Source of the DNA: Candidatus Saccharimonadales bacterium
GTDB lineage: Bacteria > Patescibacteriota > Saccharimonadia > Saccharimonadales > Saccharimonadaceae
Assembly: GCA_044340745.1 (NCBI GenBank)
Contig: JBIISZ010000005.1
Span: 795-64,794, forward strand
Length of the DNA: 64,000 bases
Reading direction: 5' to 3'
Positions 58,375 to 64,000 of this stretch are shown here, piece by piece. Position numbers and translations under genes: made by a program. Within the stretch, counting starts at the first letter, position 1. The number at the start of each line of letters is the position of its first letter. The notes under the pieces are model-generated. The model saw nothing but the letters and a program-made list of their open reading frames with translations. It was not told the DNA's origin and made no database searches.

Positions 58375-58683
58375 ATGACAAAAGCAGTCGTTAAGATCGG
58401 TGGCAAGCAATACGTTGCAACCGAAAAAGAGACCCTCCTGGTGGACCTCCTCCCGGAAGGAACTAAAGAGCTCACGCTTGACGCACTGTTGGTGATTGAC
58501 GGCGACAAAACTACTGTCGGCGCTCCAACGGTCAAAGACGTGAAGGTAACTGCAAAGGTTATCGAAGAGGAAGTAAAGGGCGACAAGGTCCTGTACATCC
58601 GCTACAAGGCTAAGAAGCGTGTTCACAAAGTGAACGGTCACCGCCAAAAGTACTCGAAGATTGAAATCTCTTCAATCAAATAA
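58375..58683 (+). CDS. rplU: 50S ribosomal protein L21
   Basis: AVVKIGGKQY, GHRQKYSKIEI. Confidence 0.95.
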   Translation: MTKAVVKIGGKQYVATEKETLLVDLLPEGTKELTLDALLVIDGDKTTVGAPTVKDVKVTAKVIEEEVKGDKVLYIRYKAKKRVHKVNGHRQKYSKIEISSIK

Positions 58684-58814
58684 TAAAAGACAGCCCTCCG
58701 GGGCTTCTTTTATTTTTAGGTGACGAAGTGCGGGCTGAAAACATCCATAACCTTTTATTCTGTTCACGGTTTGCGTGCTATAATGAATCCAATGAACGAG
58801 GGTCAGAAATAAAC

Positions 58815-59600
58815 ATGGCAACGGTGATTGCGGTGACAAATCAAAAGGGGGGCGTCGGTAAGACGACGACCTCTATCAATTTGGCCTACTTTTTGGCGAA
58901 AGCCGGAAAGAAGACCCTATTAATCGACTTTGACCCGCAAGGGAATGCGACGAGCGGTTTGGGTATCGATAAGTCCTTACTGACGGCGACGATGACCGAA
59001 GTAATCAAGGGTGAAGCAACGCTTGACCAGACGATTGTCGCGACAGATCATAAGAACCTCTGGATCGCACCGACGACCTCGATTCTTGCAAATACCGAGG
59101 TAGAACTTGCTCAGACGGATAAGCGGTTCTCGCGCTTGAAGCTGGCGATAGATTCGAGCGAGTTCGAATATGAATATATCATTATTGACAGTCCGCCAAG
59201 TCTGAGCCTTCTGACCGTCAACGGCCTGATTGCCGCGCGCTTCGTACTGTTGCCGGTTCAGGCTGAATTCTACGCCTTGGAAGGCCTCGGGCAACTCTTA
59301 GAAACGATGAAACTTGTGCGCAAGGGGATGAACCCGTACCTGGAGCTTCTTGGGGTACTGCCGACGATGATGGATTCTCGTACTACTTTGAGCAACCAGG
59401 TGCATGCTGAAATAAAGCGACACTTCCCAGGAAAAGTCTTTGAATCGACTATTCCTCGTAATATCCGCCTCGCCGAAGCGCCAAGCCACGGTATTCCTAT
59501 TGGTGTCTATGACAAATTCTCAAAGGGTTCACGCGCGTACAAGGCGCTTGCTAAAGAAGTCATTACCCGCGTAGAGGCGCCTGCGGAGGCACAATCATGA
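58815..59600 (+). CDS. parA: Chromosome partitioning ATPase ParA/Soj
   Basis: NQKGGVGKTT, DFDPQGNAT, IIDSPPSL, PVQAEFYALEG, IPRNIRLAEAPSHG. Confidence 0.96.
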   Translation: MATVIAVTNQKGGVGKTTTSINLAYFLAKAGKKTLLIDFDPQGNATSGLGIDKSLLTATMTEVIKGEATLDQTIVATDHKNLWIAPTTSILANTEVELAQTDKRFSRLKLAIDSSEFEYEYIIIDSPPSLSLLTVNGLIAARFVLLPVQAEFYALEGLGQLLETMKLVRKGMNPYLELLGVLPTMMDSRTTLSNQVHAEIKRHFPGKVFESTIPRNIRLAEAPSHGIPIGVYDKFSKGSRAYKALAKEVITRVEAPAEAQS

Positions 59601-60472
59601 GCGCGAAAAAAGGGCTAGGGCGTGGGTTCGATTCGTTGATCCCGACGGATCTTTTTGATGATAGCTTTGACCCGACGGCCCAGCAGGACCAGAAAGTAAG
59701 CGAAGAGAAAACGCTTCCTATCGCGAAGCTACAGGCAAACCCTGATCAGCCGCGCCGTATGTTTGATGAAGAAGCATTGAACGAACTTGCTGCATCTATC
59801 AAAGAGCACGGCGTGATACAGCCGATCATCGTGACTCCGAAAGGTGATACGTATCAAATCGTTGCCGGTGAACGCCGCTACCGTGCCTCAAAGTTAGCAG
59901 GGCTCACGGAAGTGCCCGTGGTCATCCGTTCCATGACCGACCAACACCAGCTAGAGGTATCCCTTATTGAAAACATTCAGCGACGGGACTTGAATACGAT
60001 CGAAACGGCAACTGCGTATGCGAAACTTCGTGACCAGTTCAATTTATCCAACGATCAGATCGCACAGCGTGTCCATAAATCGACCCCCGCCGTCATCAAC
60101 ACGATGCGCCTATTAAAGCTGCCGAAAGAAGTCATCCAGGCAATCGCCGACGGAACGCTCAGCGAAGGGCAAGCTCGACCTTTGATCGGTCAGGACCCTG
60201 AATTACTCGCCGAGCTCGTTCCAAAAATTATTTCTGAAGAATGGACCTCAAGAAAAGTCGAACAGTACATCGTCAATATCAAGAAGGCGCAAAAAGCAGA
60301 CGCACCAGCTGACACGCCTGTCGACTCCGAGCACGAAGCGCGTATCGAAGCACTTCGTCAAAGGCTGAACGCACCGATTGACCTCCGCGTGAACAGTAAA
60401 GGTGCCGGTAAGATCGTCATTTCTTTCAAGAATTCAGATGAATTCGAACGTATTCGTAAGTTACTTGGCTAG
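59597..60472 (+). CDS. parB: Chromosome partitioning protein ParB/Spo0J
   Basis: GLGRGFDSL, NPDQPRR, IVAGERRYRA, LIENIQRRDL. Confidence 0.96.
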   Translation: MSAKKGLGRGFDSLIPTDLFDDSFDPTAQQDQKVSEEKTLPIAKLQANPDQPRRMFDEEALNELAASIKEHGVIQPIIVTPKGDTYQIVAGERRYRASKLAGLTEVPVVIRSMTDQHQLEVSLIENIQRRDLNTIETATAYAKLRDQFNLSNDQIAQRVHKSTPAVINTMRLLKLPKEVIQAIADGTLSEGQARPLIGQDPELLAELVPKIISEEWTSRKVEQYIVNIKKAQKADAPADTPVDSEHEARIEALRQRLNAPIDLRVNSKGAGKIVISFKNSDEFERIRKLLG

Positions 60473-60597
60473 GAAGAAACCCCGTTATCTGACGGGTGGA
60501 CCGTTACGCGCCTTGAAATTCACGTCATAGCGATGTCATTTCAAGGGCTGCACTTCGCTTTGAGTCCACCCTTACAGATAACGGGGTTTCTTCCTAG
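60469..60597. repeat. Dispersed ~129-bp long-hairpin element, copy 2
   Basis: Perfect 23-bp inverted arms CTAGGAAGAAACCCCGTTATCTG (60469-91 and 60575-97); core shared with 33421-33488 in the opposite orientation. Confidence 0.85.
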
Positions 60598-60608
60598 ACC
60601 CAGATTAC

Positions 60609-61208
60609 TTAAAACGTTCGAATCTTATTGAACGGGAAGATACGGACGCCGACCGGACCGACGACGTCGTAGAGTGGGACGGTTCCGAGGCCGTTTCGTG
60701 AGTCATACGAATAGCTGCCGGTACGGTGATCACCGGTGACGAACAAGTTACCTTCGGGGACGATAGTGTCGATTTGGCCGGTCGTCGGTGAGCCAGGTTC
60801 GCCGTTATTTTCATCATCCGGGTTGAACCCTTGGGGATTTTGTTCGTTATACACAGTAAATGTGCCGTTTTGCAGTACGACACGTTCGCCTGGAAGGCCA
60901 ATGACCCGTTTTACGATGTATTCATCTTCGATGCCCCTGCTGTAGTGAGGGTTTTTGAAAACGATGACTTGCCCGCGTTCTGGAATGTACGGGGTGTTAC
61001 GCAGGTTCGCCCAGGTGACCGGAAGCCGATTCACGATAAGTCGATCGCCAGTGTAGAGGGTCGTTTCCATGCTCGGGCCGACGACATTATAGCTGCGAAA
61101 TACGAAGGTATTGATTAGTACGGTACCAATGACCACACAGATAATGAAAATCGATAGCTGTAAAATATCTTTGACGAAGGGGTGTCGGGTAAAAAAAGAG
61201 GCTTCCAT
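60609..61208 (-). CDS. lepB: Signal peptidase I
   Basis: VVGPSMETTL (Ser), YIVKRVIGLPG (Lys), GDHRTGSYSYDSR; ATG at 61208 preferred because 61220 overlaps the -10. Confidence 0.93.
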   Translation of the reverse strand: MEASFFTRHPFVKDILQLSIFIICVVIGTVLINTFVFRSYNVVGPSMETTLYTGDRLIVNRLPVTWANLRNTPYIPERGQVIVFKNPHYSRGIEDEYIVKRVIGLPGERVVLQNGTFTVYNEQNPQGFNPDDENNGEPGSPTTGQIDTIVPEGNLFVTGDHRTGSYSYDSRNGLGTVPLYDVVGPVGVRIFPFNKIRTF

Positions 61209-61330
61209 AAACCATTCCATTATACGTGAGCGCTATCGGAAACACCACCTGGAAGCAGTTTTTAGCATAAGCTTTTTGGAAGCTGAATATGCTTGCAAGC
61301 GAGGGGATAGTGTATAATGGTATAAGTTTT

Positions 61331-62980
61331 ATGATTAAAAACACCTCTTCAGTTGACGGGTTTATCCCACGACGACCCGGCACGCAGCTGGGGTCTTTGC
61401 ATGACGAAAAGCCTACTCGAAAGCGTACCCAAACCTCGGCTAACCGAAGCCTTCAGACGAGTGGTTCTACCGTAGTTTCTGCTGATACAGTCGGCCAGCC
61501 GCGCCGGGGGCGTGTCATCGGTCGTGACGATATCGATGAGTCACTGCGTGAAATCGACAATTTAGAGCCTGAAAACGGGAAAAAACCGAAAAAGGGTCGT
61601 CGTAAAGATCGAAAAGCGAACAAACCTAAAAGCAAAGCGCGACGAATTGTTTTTTGGGTGTCGATGGCGCTACTCGCAATTCTTGTAGGGGTTGGTGGGT
61701 TCTTGGCATTCAAGGCCATCACCGCGACGCAGACGGTATTCCAGGGAAGTGTCCTTGACCTTATTCAGAACGAACCGCTGAAAGAAGACGCGAATGGTCG
61801 GAGTAACTTCCTCGTATTCGGTACTGCTGAAGACGATGAAGGCGGTGAGCACGGCGGGGCGAACCTGACCGACTCGATCATGGTGATCAGCGTCGACCAA
61901 GATAAGAAGAACGCATACATGCTCAGCCTTCCTCGTGACTTATGGGTGCAGTACCAAGAAACCTGTACGGTAGGGAACCAAGGAAAACTGAACGCAGCGT
62001 ATTTCTGTGCTTCTAACGATGGCGAAGACGAGCAAGCCGGAGCCGAAGCCTTAATGGCAAAAGTCGGGGAAATTACCGGCCTTGAAATGCAGTACTATGT
62101 ACACCTTAACTTCACCGCTGTCGTCCAGGCAGTCGATGCGGTCGGTGGTGTCGACGTGACGATTCAGAGTGAAGATCCACGCGGTATCTTGGACCGTAAC
62201 TTCGACTGGAAGTGTAACTACACGTGTTACTACGTCAATTACAAGAATGGCCAGCAGGCGCATCTTGACGGCGAGCGAGCTCTTGCCCTTGCCCGAGCCC
62301 GTAATGCCGCAGGCGGGTACGGACTCCCAAACGGGAACTTTGACCGCGAGAAAAATCAGCAGATGATCATTAAGGCGCTTCGCGACAAGGCGCTCAGCGT
62401 GGGTACCCTGACGAACGTCGGTGCGGTCACTGGATTGATCGACGCTTTGGGGAATAACCTTCGTACGAACATTCAAACCAAAGAAATCCGAACGCTTATG
62501 GATGTCGCATCAAAGACGACCGATGAAAACATCATCTCCCTGAGCTTGAACGAAGAGGGAAACATGCTTGTGACAACGGGAAGCTACAACGGCCAGAGCA
62601 TTGTTCGACCGGTCGCTGGCCTCCTCGACTACAGTCAGATCCATGCCTATGTACAAAAGAGTACCTCGAGCGATCCGTTCGTAAAGGAAGAGCCGCATGT
62701 TACGGTCTTGAATGGAAGCGGTGAAGCGGGGGTCGCGCAGCGGCTCGCGGATCAGCTTGAAGATCGTGGCTTCGTCATCGATGCCGTCGATAACGCTCCT
62801 GATGGTACCTACCAGGCAATTGAAATTTATCAGATCAACAAAGAAAAGACCGCCACCGCGGCTAAGCTAAAAGAGCTCTATAAGGTGACTTTAAAAACGA
62901 CGACGCCTCCGGTGAGTGTAGTAGGTGAGACTGATTTCGTGATCATCATCGGTAGTGCCAGCGCCGTTCCTGCCGAATAA
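61331..62980 (+). CDS. LCP (LytR-CpsA-Psr) family glycopolymer transferase with a C-terminal LytR_C domain
   Basis: LTDSIMVIS, SLPRDLWV, KLNAAY, ALARAR, DFDRxxxQQ-like NFDREKNQQ; C-terminal VTVLNGSG...A. Confidence 0.9.
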   Translation: MIKNTSSVDGFIPRRPGTQLGSLHDEKPTRKRTQTSANRSLQTSGSTVVSADTVGQPRRGRVIGRDDIDESLREIDNLEPENGKKPKKGRRKDRKANKPKSKARRIVFWVSMALLAILVGVGGFLAFKAITATQTVFQGSVLDLIQNEPLKEDANGRSNFLVFGTAEDDEGGEHGGANLTDSIMVISVDQDKKNAYMLSLPRDLWVQYQETCTVGNQGKLNAAYFCASNDGEDEQAGAEALMAKVGEITGLEMQYYVHLNFTAVVQAVDAVGGVDVTIQSEDPRGILDRNFDWKCNYTCYYVNYKNGQQAHLDGERALALARARNAAGGYGLPNGNFDREKNQQMIIKALRDKALSVGTLTNVGAVTGLIDALGNNLRTNIQTKEIRTLMDVASKTTDENIISLSLNEEGNMLVTTGSYNGQSIVRPVAGLLDYSQIHAYVQKSTSSDPFVKEEPHVTVLNGSGEAGVAQRLADQLEDRGFVIDAVDNAPDGTYQAIEIYQINKEKTATAAKLKELYKVTLKTTTPPVSVVGETDFVIIIGSASAVPAE

Positions 62981-63060
62981 CACTTCGAGGTATAACACTG
63001 CCATTTAAAATGGCTATCTGTCGCAATTTGCCTACCCGCGCGTGCTATAATAGTAATGAT

Positions 63061-63861
63061 ATGGAGTTTCTTAAATTAGTTCGGAAACGCTCCTTCCTTA
63101 GCGAGCTCATCTATGCTGTTCTTAACGTAGGGTTAGCGGTCGGTGTGCTGCTCAGTGTCTGGTACACCAGCTCTGTCTCGTTAGCACTCGTGCTGGTGCT
63201 TATTAGTAAGTGGCGTATCTTTGCGGTACGCCCTCGATACTGGTGGGCGAACCTCCGTTCTAATATGGTCGACATTATCGTCAGTGTGAGTATCGTCTTC
63301 CATCTGTATACGATCGCAACGGCCGATATTGCATCATCGACACAGATTATTCTGATGGCCGCTCTGACACTGCTCTACATTGGGTGGCTTTTGTTCATCA
63401 AGCCTCGTTCAAAGCGGAAGTTTATCGTCGCACAAGCGGGTGCAGCGCTTTTCTTCGGAACGTCGGCACTGTTCATTTTCAGCTACAACTGGCCAGTGTC
63501 GATCGTGGTGCTATTGATGTGGTTGATCGGGTATTCCGTCGCACGGCACATCCTCAGCGCATACGACGAAGAAACTCATGCACTTTTCTTAGGACTCGTA
63601 TGGGGTCTCGTGCTCGCAGAAATCGCCTGGGTATCCTACCACTGGGCTATCGCATACCCGCTCCCGATCGTTCCAAGCCTGATGGTGCCGCAGGTCGCAA
63701 TCACTGCTACGCTTGTCAGCTTCCTTGCATTCAAGGCGTATGATTCCTTTTACAAGCACGCTAAGATCCGTATGAACGACGTATTACTTCCGCTTCTCTT
63801 CACTATCAGTGTTTTGATCGTACTATTAGTGCTGTTTAATCGCGTCGGTACGGCTATTTAA
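63061..63861 (+). CDS. Polytopic membrane hypothetical protein
   Basis: About 8 hydrophobic segments; ATG at 63061 follows TGCTATAAT by 9 nt. Confidence 0.75.
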   Translation: MEFLKLVRKRSFLSELIYAVLNVGLAVGVLLSVWYTSSVSLALVLVLISKWRIFAVRPRYWWANLRSNMVDIIVSVSIVFHLYTIATADIASSTQIILMAALTLLYIGWLLFIKPRSKRKFIVAQAGAALFFGTSALFIFSYNWPVSIVVLLMWLIGYSVARHILSAYDEETHALFLGLVWGLVLAEIAWVSYHWAIAYPLPIVPSLMVPQVAITATLVSFLAFKAYDSFYKHAKIRMNDVLLPLLFTISVLIVLLVLFNRVGTAI

Positions 63862-64000
63862 GCTTCTGAAATAACAAGCCGTAGCCATCAACTTCTTGTC
63901 GAAGTAAGCCGTAAAGAGCGGCTTCTTTTATGATTTCAGGGTGCTGTTCAGGGTCGGCTTCAAGAAGCAGGTGGCCGCCGACGGCTAGCTTTTCTTTCGT
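63854..64000 (-). CDS. prmC: 3' end of a probable HemK/PrmC-family methyltransferase (partial, runs off the window)
   Basis: Manual translation TKEKLAVGGHLLLEADPEQHPEIIKEAALYGLLRQEVDGYGLLFQKLK*; the LxxGGxLLLE pattern is typical of the PrmC C-terminus. Not in the ORF track. Confidence 0.5.
   Translation of the reverse strand, partial: TKEKLAVGGHLLLEADPEQHPEIIKEAALYGLLRQEVDGYGLLFQKLK

Overview
A 64-kb chromosomal segment whose gene content (DUF5663-like genes, many GFTIVELL prepilin genes, giant low-complexity surface proteins, scattered housekeeping genes) points to Candidatus Saccharibacteria (Patescibacteria/CPR); the taxon is an inference. It carries a very divergent F-type ATP synthase cluster (atpF-H-A-G-D-C) and a 3,092-aa phage-fibre-like repeat protein with a membrane-bound partner. 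Housekeeping genes are rpsA, infB, fmt, def, priA, recJ, rpsU, yqeY, adk, map, ftsA, ftsZ, nrdR, ileS, rplU, parA, parB and lepB, plus a partial prmC-like gene. Accessory genes include five dispersed pilin-adhesin genes, a 1,378-aa membrane protein with a glycosyltransferase-like C-terminus, and other cell-surface proteins. The most notable non-coding signals are: (i) a ~128-bp hairpin element present twice (33,391-33,517 and 60,469-60,597) with a near-identical core but unrelated 23-bp self-complementary arms; (ii) an ileS T-box with an actinobacterial-type ultrashort stem I but a transcriptional terminator; (iii) many promoters whose -10 box lies 6-11 nt before the start codon, i.e. leaderless or near-leaderless mRNAs. 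I saw no rRNA, tRNA, CRISPR array, transposase or integrase. Product calls come from motif recognition by eye, not database searches.
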